Shown: one piece after another, positions 11,288 through 23,262 of the stretch | Layout: each line of letters opens with the position of its first letter | Position numbering within the stretch: the first letter of the stretch is position 1 | Assembly: GCF_036321535.1 (NCBI RefSeq) | Contig: NC_087436.1 | Span: forward strand, 36,148,001 to 36,212,000 | DNA length: 64,000 nt | Source: Camelus dromedarius | Lineage: Eukaryota | Direction: 5' to 3' | Notes under the pieces: model-generated | Told to the model about the DNA's origin: nothing | Databases searched by the model: none | Seen by the model: only the letters and a program-made list of their open reading frames with translations | Made by a program: the position numbers and the translations under genes

Positions 11288-11499
11288 AAAGTATATACAA
11301 GTAACATAAATTGGTTAACTTTTCCTAAGGTTGAAAAAAAGATCTTATAGTATGTAAAAGTTACTTCTAAAGAGGTATTATAAAAGGTTTGATTATCTTT
11401 TAAGTGTATCCCTTTTACTGTCTTTTCCTTGCATTTAAAGATGCAGCAGTATCACCAAAATTCAGTCTTTTCTAGGCTCAAATGACAGAAGTTGTACAT

Positions 11500-11640
11500 A
11501 TAAAATTGAATTAGGAGACCTGGTTGTAAGATTGGCCCTGCCACTAACTAATTATATGATTCTGGGCAAATTTCTGAGCCTCCGGGAGCCTAGGTTTCTC
11601 TATTTATGAAATTAAGGAGTTAGATTCAGTGATCACAAAT
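11500..11640 (+). mobile_element. MIR fragment
   Basis: ggagacctggtt...ctgccactaacta...tgggcaa...gagcctaggtttctctatttatgaaa. Confidence 0.6.
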
Positions 11641-12883
11641 GAAATACCACAGTACTGTAACTCTCCCATACCAGATAAAATCTGGCTTAAATCACTGTGG
11701 TATTTTGGAAGGAAAAGGGTAAACTTACGTAAGATTTTTAAATGATGCGCTTTTTCAGAAATGACTCTGTCAAATAAAAATTTTATTAAGGACTAACAGA
11801 CTGAAAGACAGCCAGGCTAACATGATTGCTTCCACTCGGAGCAGTTTTCAGGATTGATTGATCTACCAAATAATCTATGTAATTACTCAAATGGGTAATT
11901 AAAACATGGAAATTCATAGAAAACAAACCTAGGTCTGATAATGTTAAAAATTGGGTTGTCATCTGAATAAAAGAACAGAAGGCTCCTCCCTGGCAGTTAG
12001 GCTGGCCCGTCTTAACTTCAAACGTAGACAGAGTGATGTGTTTGTGTTTGTTTTTTTTTTTTCTATATAAAACCTGCCAAGTCAAATGATTTAAGAGGTT
12101 CAGTTTGCAGAAATCAAACTTCCAGAACAATCTGTATTATAGCAATCGAAAAGGAAAGAATGGAGTTGAGCTATATTTTTAAAAGAGGGCAATAGTCAAA
12201 ACTACGTATGCTTAATTTGCCTAAACACTGTAAATGACTGAAAACTTTCATGATCCTCAGTTAATCATGATTGCATTTAATGCTTCTCTAATTTTGTTCA
12301 TCTTAGTTTTAAAGAAGTAATTGCTAGTGTTTTCCAGCGTGGTCAGGAAACAAAGGGAGACCCAAGACTTAATGACTAAAAAAAAAAAACTCCATAAGAC
12401 CTATCCACAGTGGCATTGTTTCCACCATTCATCATCCTGTAACATTTACTTACAAAGGTGTGAATGGAGAGTTTTCCATCCTCCCTAAACTTTAGGGTCA
12501 ATTGAAGGTCATACCTTAAGCTGGGGGAACTTTTGAGTAATTAACCCTAGATAGCTTACTAAATGGTTTATTTGGTGACTCTTGGAACCTACAGCCATAT
12601 CTGAAGAGGATTAAAAACCCGAGTAAAGTAGTAGCACCAGCTCTGCTCTAGCCTCCTAAAAATGTATAGCCAAACATTTGCTAACACTTGATCATTCCCC
12701 AGTCACTTGTTCTTCTGTAACAGAACACATTTCTGATCCTGGTTGATGAGGTTTTCAGTCTAAGAAAATTATTTTAATTCCATCATATTCTGCTATTTAA
12801 TAGAAATAAAATCAGACAAATAATGATAATTCTGGTGACATATGCAAAAATGTCCTCATTTAATCATATTTTTGTATATATAT

Positions 12884-13096
12884 GTTTTTTATTGAAGTAT
12901 AGTCAATATACAATGCTATGTCAATTTCTGGTGTATAGCATAATGCTTCAGTCATATATGAACGTACGTATATTCATTTTCATATTCTTTTACACCAGAG
13001 GTTACAATAAGATATTGAATATCCAAGAGGGGAAGGAGGTAGGAAGGGATAAATTGGGAATTCGAAATTTGCAGATACTAATATACATAAAATACA
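12884..13096 (-). mobile_element. Short L1 3'UTR insertion with 5' inversion (twin priming)
   Basis: 12884-13022 matches the minus-strand L1 3' end seen at 16765-16900. 13023-13096 is the adjacent UTR segment in plus orientation. Flanked by taatcat(a/g)tt at ~12861 and ~13097. Confidence 0.75.
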
Positions 13097-13479
13097 TAAT
13101 CATGTTCATTATTATCTCCACTTTTCAGAACTTTGATTTAAACGGGTTCCAATAACTTATTCAGCATTACACAACTAGATATTGGCAGAATCAAAATTTA
13201 AGCCTAGAGAGGAATCTTTTCACTAAACTTAAAGCAAAGAAAACATTAAATGAATTAAAACTTGGATTTGAAGGAGTCAGTAGTTGTGTGGCAATGCCTG
13301 TATGTACATTGCATAGGATACAAAACACTTGAATGGGGTTTGTTTTTAGGGAGGTAGTTCTTTTGCTTTTTTTAATATGTAGTACAGATGCCACTGTCTG
13401 TTGCTGAAGTTAACAATTTTGTTCAGTTCTGGTGCCAGCAGTGATACTAAGCAGAACATATTTAGTGGCCTAAAACAGA

Positions 13480-14190
13480 GAGGCTAGAATAAAAATGTAT
13501 GGAGAAAAAAGTATTATGGAGAAAAGGTAGATGATTAAATGAAGGGATAAAGAGTAGTTATACGTGTAGCAGCTTCTGATAAAGTATGTGTATGCAGTTT
13601 CTCACCAGATGCTGAAGGTTAGTTTCCTTCCTGGCTGGAAGCTCCCCAAGAAGGGATTTTTGGCAGCTTTGTTGTTAGAAAGCTCTGCCTTTGATCAGAT
13701 AAAGGGAATCTCAGAAAAGTCTTTCTGCATCTTGCTGTATCTCAGATGTCTTCAGTTTAAGGCAGTCTATACCATTCTGGTAGGTTGTGCATCCCTTCAT
13801 TTGTGACTGCACATAGCTAACCAGATCTCTAATAAGGAATGCTGTTCAGCTGCTCTTGATGTCTCTGCGAAGGGGCACAACGAAGTTTATGTTGGAAATG
13901 CTAGAAAACTGCAAACTGGATTGGAGCTGTTGTGATGGGAAGGAACTGCTGCTGCCAGAATGAGGCAGTATGCTGAGGCCATATAGGAACCGCAAAGCAC
14001 ATGGAAAGCCCACAGGAGGCAGACAGGAAGGAACTGATCCCTTCTTCCTCTTCCAGCCTTGCATGTTGGTGGAGCCTAAAAAAGCGTCAGCTGGCAGAGC
14101 AGGAATTGGTTATCAGGGCCCCAGCTCCAGTATCACTAGGCAGAGCATCAAGGGCAAGTTTGGAGCTAAGTGACAGTAACAGCATCAACT
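13480..14190. mobile_element. Degenerate LTR-like sequence (ERV/MaLR-type remnants)
   Basis: Resembles old eutherian LTR consensus motifs; one segment ends ...cccttca at ~13799. Family not determined. Confidence 0.35.
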
Positions 14191-16749
14191 TAATAGAAAC
14201 CACACATTCTCACACCTCTTTCCTGCCCCGAGGCCTGATGAAGCAGACATTCCGGGGATGCTGCTCAACAGTTTGTATGTTAAAAAGCCCTGCATGTGAT
14301 TCAAGTGCACAGTTAAGTTTGAGAACCACCAAAGTAAAACATTGGGCATACAGATGCTCCATTTGCTGATTTTCGAATTTGCCAGTGATTGGTTCTTTAA
14401 GAATGAGGAAGTACTGCTTTTCAGAATCTAATCATGGTCCCCCTGTGCATCTAGGTAGTTGGGATTGGCAGAAGTTAGAGACCAGATACAAATTATTTAA
14501 GACTTTGATTTCCTTATGGATTAAACAGAAGTGATATTCCTTCTTAGGGTTTTGATTCTTTTAAGTTATAGAGACCTATCCAAAGAAGCAGTAAAATATG
14601 AAAGCTGAGTATTAGTGTGTAGCTCAATGTTGTAGTAAAAAATATAAAGTGAGACACTAAATCATATTTAATTTCTGTAAATATTGGTGTTAGGTGGAAT
14701 TTAAGCATAAGTGATAGCTATTAACTGTAAATAGCTAATTAGCATTACTTTCAGACATCTGAGCCAGTTTTTCTCCTTAAAGTGATTCACTCCTCCCAGG
14801 CATTAGTGTCAAGCATTTCTTGTAGATGAGAGTTTAACCCTCACCATGAACAAATGCATAAACTCAAAACTAAAATAATACTTTAAACATATCCTTTATC
14901 CTTTCTGACACATATAGTCAGTCCATTCCTTTGTCTCTGCCCCATGATTTTGAGAAATAAAAGACCTAACAGTGGCTTGACCTTGTAAACTGGGTACTAA
15001 ACAGATGAGTTAATGGGAGGGACCTATTCATTCACTTGCTAAACATTACTGTGTTCCTGTACACACTGTTATAGCTTCTCTTTTAAGTACTAGGTAAACA
15101 TTATAGTGAACAGAGTAGTTTCTACATCTGGAGCATCTATTTAAGTAGGTAAGATACAAATAACAAATGAATAAGTAATATATAAGTGGTGGTAAATGTT
15201 ACTAGGAAAAATACAGTGGTGCAAGGAGAAAGAGAATGACTGGCCTTACTGTATTATGCATTAATTTCTGTATGCCTGCACATGGCACTCAATAAATTTT
15301 TATTGAATAAACAAACTTATTAAGACACCTCTGTGGTAGCTTCTGTCTCTGGTAACAGTGATAATATTATAGCTAATTAGAGTTATCTAAATACAGTGGC
15401 TCTGAATTCTGAAAAGTGAGAGTAGAAGCGTTAAAGACTAGAACAGTGAAAATAAAAGAATGAAATCTCTGGCCTCTAACAAGTTGGAGTAAAGGAAGAA
15501 TGAGAAGGTCAAAAATATGAGAGAGCCAAAAGGAAGAGGTTGGCAAGTCAATAACCTTGTTCTAGTTTCTTAAGATAATTTCTAATTTGAAAGAAATTAG
15601 TAGTCTTTGAGGGGTTCTGTTTGCACAAATTCCTAGGTAGGATTTCTGCAGCCATACCCAGGGAAGATCCTGACGCTTATCATTAGGAAAACAAGGTATC
15701 TGTAGTATTGGAAAAATAGTGAGAAAAAGAATTCGAAAATGAATCATTCCTATTTCCCCATTCTAGAAATGCTAAAATAAACGAGTTTATCTTCAGGACA
15801 AGTTTTAAAAGAAGCAGTGCTACTAAACTTGAAATTGCTTTAACAGAAAATACCTTACACTATGTTAGTATGAAAAATGCGTTAAAATAGTACCCTTTGT
15901 TGATATCCAGAATGCCTACTTCTTGGACTAGCAATTCCTAACACCAAGGAAGGAAAGGTTCCACTGATGGGGCCAATTCACCCCGACAAACACACACATG
16001 AACATCAGATTTGTAATTGATAAACGTATAGGAAAAATTCATCATCACATTCACAATTCCCACAATATGATGGAATTAATCTAAATATGGTTTAAAATCA
16101 CACATTTTTATAACTTAAAATACCTTTTGTAGTACTTAAAAATCAGATATGCTTCAGGAACTAGATGACCTGACTAACTCAAAGCAGGGAAAGGTCATAT
16201 ATGAATGTTGAGTAGCACCCAGAAAGCAACGAGGCCTCAGAATGTTTGAGCAAAATATTTCTTTCAGAAGAGAGTGGAAAGTTCCTTTTTTTTAAGATTA
16301 AGGGGAAAGGATCATGGAATTTTACACTCAAAGCATAGAGATACTTTGTCTTCCTTTATTGGAAGGGAGAACAAAGATGAAAACAGATAATAAACTCAAA
16401 AAGGCTACATATTCAAAACCCCACCTTACCCCTTGCTGAGTGATTTTTCCCTTATGAAATAATATACTGGAAAGATTAGAGTAAATCACTAGCCAAGTAA
16501 TAAATCTCATGCCACTCAGAAGATTCTAGATAGGGAATTCAGGCAAAAGGTAGAAAGAAGTTTGATACCAAACTAGGTTTTAATTCAATGAATTGACAAA
16601 CCTCCGGGGTGTAAGACTAAGACATAGATTCTGATCGGGTTTTATATAGTATGTTCCAAGGAGACCTGAAGAAAAGATCAAAAGGTACATGAAAAAGCAG
16701 TGAACAGTTATAAAGGATTAGTGTGAAAATAGCAAATCACCTTTAAAAA

Positions 16750-19700
16750 TTTTTTTAATTACTTTTATTAAAGTATGGTCAGTTTACTACATTGTGTCAG
16801 TTTCTGGTGTACAGCACAATGCTTCAGTCATAGAGGAACATACATATATTTGTTTTCATACTCTTTTTCACCATAAGTTACTACAAGACATTGAATATAG
16901 TTCCCTGTGCTATACAGCATAAACTTGTTTATCTATTTTATGTATATTAATATCTGCAAATCTCAAACTCCCAATTTATCCTTCCCACCTGCTTTGCCCC
17001 CTTGGTAACCATAAGTTTGTTTTCAATTTCTGTGACTCTGTTTCTGTTTTGTAGATAAGGTGGTTTGGCTTTTTTTTTTTTTTTAGATTCCACATATAAG
17101 TGCTATATGGTATTTTTCTTTCTCTTTCTGGCTTACTTAGAATGACATTCTCCAGGTCCATCCATGTTGCTGCAAATGGCATTATTTTATTTCTTATGGC
17201 TGAGTAGTATTCCATGTATATACCACAGCTTAAAGATGAAAATGGATAATAAACTCAAAAAGGCTACATATTCAAAACCCTACCTTACATGGACATTTAG
17301 GTTGTTTCCATGTCTTGGCTATTGTATATAGTGCTGCCATGAACATTGTGGTGCATGTACCTTTTTGAATTCAGGGTCCTCTGGATATATGCCCAGAAGT
17401 GGGATTGCTGGGTCATATGGTAAGTCTATTTTTAGTTTTTTGAGGAATCTCCATTGTTTTCCATAATGGCTGCACCAAACTACATTTCCACCAACAGCGT
17501 AGGAGGGTTCCCTTTTCTCCACACCCTCTCCAGCATTTTTTATTGTTCATGGGCTTTCGAATGATGGATATTCTTACTGGTGATACCTTATTGTAATTTT
17601 GATTTACATTTCTCTGATAATTAGCAATATTGAGCATTTTTTCATGTGCCCATTGGCCGTTTGTATGTCTTCATCAGAGAATTGCTTGTTTAGGTCTTCT
17701 GCCCATTTTTGGATTGGGTTGTTTGTTTTGCTTATTAAGTTGTATAAGCTGTTTATATATTCTGGAAATTAAGCCCTTGTCACTCTCTTCTCTACAAATA
17801 TTTTCCCGTATTCCATAGGTTGTCTTTTTGTTTTGCTTATGAATTCCTTTGCTGTGCAAAAGCTTATAATTAGATTCCATTTGTTTATTTTTGTTTTTAT
17901 TTCTATTGCTTGTACAGATTGCCCTGGGAGAACATTGTTGAGATTTATGTTGGGTAATGTTTTGCCTGTGTTTTCTTCTAAGAGGTATATAGTGTCTTGT
18001 CTTATGTTTATGTCTTTAAGCCATTTTGAGTTTATTTTTGTGTATGGTGTGAGGGAGTATTCTAACTTCATTGATTTACATGCAACTGTTCAGGTTTCCC
18101 AACATCATTTGCTGAATAGACTGTCTTTACTCCACTGTCTGTTCTTGGCTCATTTGTGAAAGATTAATTGACCAAAAGTCTGTTGGTTTATTTCTGGGCT
18201 CTCTGTTCTTTTTCATTGATCCATATGTCTGTTTTTTTACTGGTACCATGCTCTGTTTATTACTGTAGCTCTGTAGTATTGTTTGAAGTCTGGGAGGATT
18301 ATTCCTCCAGGTTCATTCTTTTTCTTCAGTAATGCTTTGGCAATTCTGGGTCTTTTGTGATTCCTTATAAATTTTAGGATTATTTGTTCTAGTTCTGTGA
18401 AAATGTCTGGGTAATTTGATAGACATCACAGTAAATCTGTAGATTGCTTTGCATAGTATGGCCATTTAAAAATATCAATTCTTCCAACCCAAGAACACAG
18501 GATATCTTTCTATTTCTTTAAGTAATCTAAATTTCCTTAGTCAGTGTTTTGTAGTTCTCCACATATAAGTCTTTTACTTCCTTGTTCAGATTTATTCCTA
18601 AGTATTTTATTTTGGGGGATACACTTTTAAAAGGGATTGTTTCTTCACTTTCCTTTTCTGATATTTCATTGTTAGTTTAATGAAATGCCACTAATTTCTG
18701 TATGTTAATCTTGTATCCTGCTACCTTGCTGAATTCTTATATTAGCTCTAGAAATTTTTGTGTGGAGCCTTTATGGTTTTCTATATATAGTATCATGTCA
18801 TCTACATATAGTGACCGTTTTACCTCTTCTGTTCCAGTTTGGATCCCTTTTATTTCTTTTCTTGTCTAAATGCTGACTAGGACTTCTAGTACTATGTTGA
18901 ATAGAAATAGTGACAGTGTGCATCCTTGCTCCAGATTTTAACAGAAAGGCATTCAGTTTTTCACCATTCAGTGTTATGCTGACTGTAAGTTTACTATAAA
19001 TAGCTTTTACTGTGTTGAGATATGTTCCCTCTATACCCACTTTGGTAAGAGTTTTTATCATAAATTGGTGTTGAATTTTATTAAATGGTTTTTCTGCATC
19101 TATTGGGATAATCATTTGATTTTTATCCTTTCTCTTGTTGATGTAGTGTATCACGTTGATTGATTTGTGTATGTTGAACCATCATTGTGTCCCTGGGATG
19201 AAACCAACTTGATATTGGTGTATGATCTTTTTTTATATGTTGTATGTTTGCTAATATTTTGTTGAGGATTTTTGCACCTATGTGCATCAATGATACTGGC
19301 CTATAGCTTTCTTTTTTTGGTAGTGTCTTTGTCTGGTTTCAGTATCAGGGTGATGGTGGCTTCATAGAATGAGTTTGGGAGTATTCCCTCCTCTTCAATC
19401 TTTTGGAAAAGTTTGAGAAGGGTTGGTATGAGCTATTCTTTGTATTTTGATAAAATTTCCCAGTGAAGCCATCTGATCCTGGGCTTTTGTTTGTAGGGAG
19501 GTTTTTTATTGCTGATTCTATTTCACTTCTAGTGATCGGTCTGTTCAAATGATCTGTTTCATTTTGATTCAGTTTTGGTGGACTGTATGTTTTTAAAAAT
19601 TTGTCCATTTCTTCTAAGTTGTCCAGTTTATTGCCATATAGTTGTTCATAGTATTCTCTTATGATTTTTTGTATTTCTGTGGTGTTGCTTGTAATGTCTC

Positions 19701-20223
19701 CATTTTCATTTCTTATTTTGTCTGTGTGCTCTCTTTTTTTCTTGGTGAGCCTGGCCAGAGGTTTGTCAGTTTTGTTTACGCTTTCAAAAAACCAGCTCTT
19801 GGTTTGATTGATTTTTTTTCTATTTTTTTTAATCTCTATTTATTTCCTCACTGATCTTTATTATTTCTTTCCTTCTGCTGACTTTAGGTTTTGTTTGTTC
19901 TTCTTTTTCTAATTCTTTTAGGTGATAGGTTAGGTTGTTTATTTGAGATTGTTTTTCTTTTTTAAGGAGGGCCTGTATCGCTATGAACTTCCCTTTAGGA
20001 CTGCTTTTCCTGCATCCCATAGGTTTTGTGTGGTTCTGTTTTTATGGTCGTTTGTCTCAAGGTGTTTTTTAATTCTTTGATTTCATCGTTGACCTGTTGG
20101 TTTTTTATTAACACAATGTTTAGTCTCCACGCTGTCATTTTTTTCTCATTTGTTGTTCTGTGGTTTCATTAGTTTCATGCCATTGTGGTCAGAGAAGATG
20201 CTTGAAATAATTTCTATCCTCTT
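16750..20223 (-). mobile_element. 3' half of an originally full-length L1 (3'UTR and most of ORF2, decayed)
   Basis: Multiple ORF2 fragments in the ORF track (16976-20020) and a canonical 3'UTR with T-rich tail remnant. The sequence resumes in register at 23263. Confidence 0.93.
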
Positions 20224-20231
20224 AAATTTTT

Positions 20232-20737
20232 TTAAAAATAGACTAGTCTTTTAGAGCAGTTTCAGGTTCACAACAGAATTGAGCAGAAAATACATAGAGT
20301 TCACACATAGCCCTACCTACCCACACATATATACTCCCCTACCCTCAACATCCCTCATCAGTGTGACATATTTGGTACAGCTGATGAACCAACATGGGCA
20401 CATTATTATCAACCAAAGTCTATAGTTTACATTAGGGTTCACTCTTGATGTTGTACATTCTATGGGTTTTGAAAAATGGATAATGATGTGTAGCCACCAC
20501 TATAGTATCATACAGAATAATTTCATTGCCCTAAATATCCCTTGCGCTCTGTCTATTCATTCCTCCCTCCCTCCTTCTCCCCAAACCCCTGGAAACCATG
20601 ATCTTTTTTTTGTTTCTGTAGCTGTGCCTTTTCCAGAATGTCATTTGGCTGGAATCGTAGTTTGTAGCCTCTTCAGACTGGCTTTCGTTTAGTAATACGT
20701 CTTTTAAGTTTCTTCCATGTCTTACAAGGCTTGATAG
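20232..20737 (-). mobile_element. Ancient L1MC1-like 3' end
   Basis: Characteristic tttagagcagtttcaggttcacaacagaattgagcagaaaa...aaagtctatagtttacattagggttcactcttg. Confidence 0.75.
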
Positions 20738-20972
20738 ATTTTTTTTTTAACTGTACACATTTTTTTTAATTTATCTGTATGTACTATTCATTGTTTCTAA
20801 GAATGTTTAGAGCTTTAGCATTTTAAACTTACAGTTACCAAAGGAATAAAGCCAACCACAAAATAAGAATTAATTCAAAAAGATACATACACTCTGGTAT
20901 TAAAAGCAACATTATTTATGGAAGCATCTTAAGTGCACATCAATAGTTGAAAAGATAATGAAGATGCAGCAC

Positions 20973-21009
<37 letters not shown>

Positions 21010-21057
21010 GGAATACAACTCACCCATAAAAAAGAAGGATATTTTGCCATTTGTGGC
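20738..21057 (-). mobile_element. Short 5'-inverted L1-derived insertion carrying a non-canonical 3' tail, with an internal (GT)n
   Basis: Poly(T) at 20738-20748, then a tail segment shared with 26820-26938, then plus-strand L1 ORF2-end/3'UTR sequence at 20871-21057. Confidence 0.65.
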
Positions 21058-23262
21058 CCTTCATTTACTTTTTTTTTTCCCACTTCAAAAACCAGTATTT
21101 TATAACTGGCAGAGACATTTCCATAACATCAAAAACAACAGAATACCTAGAAATAAACTAAACCAAGGAGGTTACCTATACTCTGAAAACCGAAATATCA
21201 CAAAGAAATGGAAAGATTTCTTGTACTCTTTGATTAGAAGGATCAACACTATCAAAATGGCCACACTACCCAAAGCAATCCACAGATCCAATGCAACCCT
21301 ATCAGAATACTACCGACATTCCTCACAGAACTAGAACAAACACTTCCAAAATTTATAAGGAACCACAAAAGACCCCAAACAGCCAAAGCAATCTTCTGTA
21401 GGTCTCTTTTTTCCCTTCTTTTTGTTCTTTTTTCTTACGGTTTGATGATTAGAGAAGGTCCTTTAACATTTGTTGTAAAACTGGTTTGGTGGTGCTGAAA
21501 TCTTTTAGCTTTTCTTTATCTGTGAAGCTTTTGATTTCTCCATCAAGTCTGAATGAGAGCTTTGCTGGTTAGAGTATTCTTGGTTGTAAGTTTCCCCCTT
21601 GCATCACTTTAAATATATCATGGCACTCTCTTCTGCCCTGTAGAGTTTGTGCTGAAAAATCAGCTGATAACCTTATGGGAGTTCCCTTATATGTTATTTG
21701 TTGCTTTTCTCTTGCTAAGTTTAATATTTTCTCCTCCTTAATTGTTGTCAATTTGATAACTATGTGCCTTGGTGTGTTCTTCTTTGGGTTGATTCTGTGT
21801 GGTACTCTCTGTGCTTCCTGGACTTGGCTGACTGTTTCCTTTCCCAAGTTGGGGAAGTTTTTAGTGATTATCTCTCCAAAAATTTTCTCAGGTCCTTTCT
21901 CTTTCTCTTCTCTGGGAACCCTATAATGCAAATATTAGAGTGCTTCATGTTGTCCCAGAGTTCTCTTAAACTATCCTCATTCCTTTTTTTAATCTTTTTT
22001 GTATTCTGAAGTAGTGATTTCCACTAATCTGTCTTCTAGTTCACTGATCCATTCTTCTGCCTCATTTAGTCTATTCTTGGTTCCTTCTAGTGTGTTTGTT
22101 ATTCATTTCAGTGATTTTATTCTTAAGCTCTGGATATTCTTTATATTTTCCAGCTCTTTGCTAATAAAAATTTCACTATGTGCATCTATACTTCTTGTGA
22201 GTTCTCTAGACATCTTGGCCATCATTACTTTAAACTCTTTCTCAAATAAGTTGCCTGTCTCCTCATCACATATTTCTTCTGGGATTTTATCTTGTGCCTT
22301 GGCCTGGTAGATATTCCTTTGCCACTTCATATCTGTCTTTCTGTATGTTTGTGGATTCCTTCCACATGCTTTGGGATTATTGTTTCCTTATTTCTATTAT
22401 CTGCCCCTGGTGGATGAGGCTGGACTAGAGGCTTATGCAGGTTTCCTGGCAGGAGGAGCCAGTGCCTTCCCACCGCTGGGTGAAGCTTGGTCCTGGACCT
22501 CTGATGGGTAGTGCTGTGTCTAGAGGCCTTGTGGCTTAGTAAGTCTGGTGATGGGTGGGGCTGTGTTCCCACCCTGTATGTTGTGTGGCCTGAGGCTTCT
22601 CTACAGGCTGTTGGGTGGGGCTGGGTCTTGGTGCTAATGATCCAATCAAGATGTCAGCCCCCAGGAAAGTTCATATAGACTAACACTCCCAGAAAGTCCA
22701 GCACCAGCTTTTATGTCTCCTGAGTGAGCCACAGCTGTCCCCCACATCCCCAGGAGACCCTCGAAATCCAGCAGGCAGGTCTGGCCCGGTTCCTATGAAA
22801 TCACTGCCTCTGCCCTTGGACCTGGTGCATGTTTCTGTGTATGCTTCCCAAGTGAATGGAGTCTTTTTTCCCCTAGTCCCGTGAGGCTCCCAGAGCCAAG
22901 CCCCCCTAGCCTTCAAAACCAGATGTCCTGGGGTCTCCTCCTCTTCCCAGTGCCAGAACCTGAGCTGGGGAGCCTGACGTGGGGCTTAGAGCTCTCACTC
23001 CTGTAGGAGGGCCTCTGTGACATAACAAATCTTCAGCTTGTGGGTTGCCCACCCAGAGGGTATGAGGCCCAATTATATCGTGAGCATACCCCTCCTACCA
23101 TTTGTGGTTCCCTCTTTATGTTGCCAGTTGCAGAAAATCTTTTTTGCTAGGTTCCAGTCTTTTTTCAGTGGTTGTTTAGCATTCAGTTGTGGTTTCATTG
23201 TAGTCATGAAGAGAGGCAAGCTCATGGTCCTACCACTCCGCCATCTTGACTGGAAATACCCC

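Larger units (their letters stand above)
20224..23262 (-). mobile_element. Composite insertion nested in the L1: L1 5'UTR+ORF1 (21396-23262, minus), inverted ORF2 fragment (~21120-21395, plus), L1MC-like 3' end (~20232-20737, minus)
   Basis: Flanked by tctatcctcttaaat at 20213-20227 and 23263-23277. The right end is an L1 5' terminus with YY1 core (ccgccatctt). ORF1 fragments at 21569..21931 and 22103..22330. Confidence 0.8.

Noticed and set aside
7440..16750. Search for upstream NUDT6 exons in unique intronic DNA
   Set aside because: No segment encoding the expected preceding peptide (GAVFDE...VVQDR-like) was found; it presumably lies left of the window
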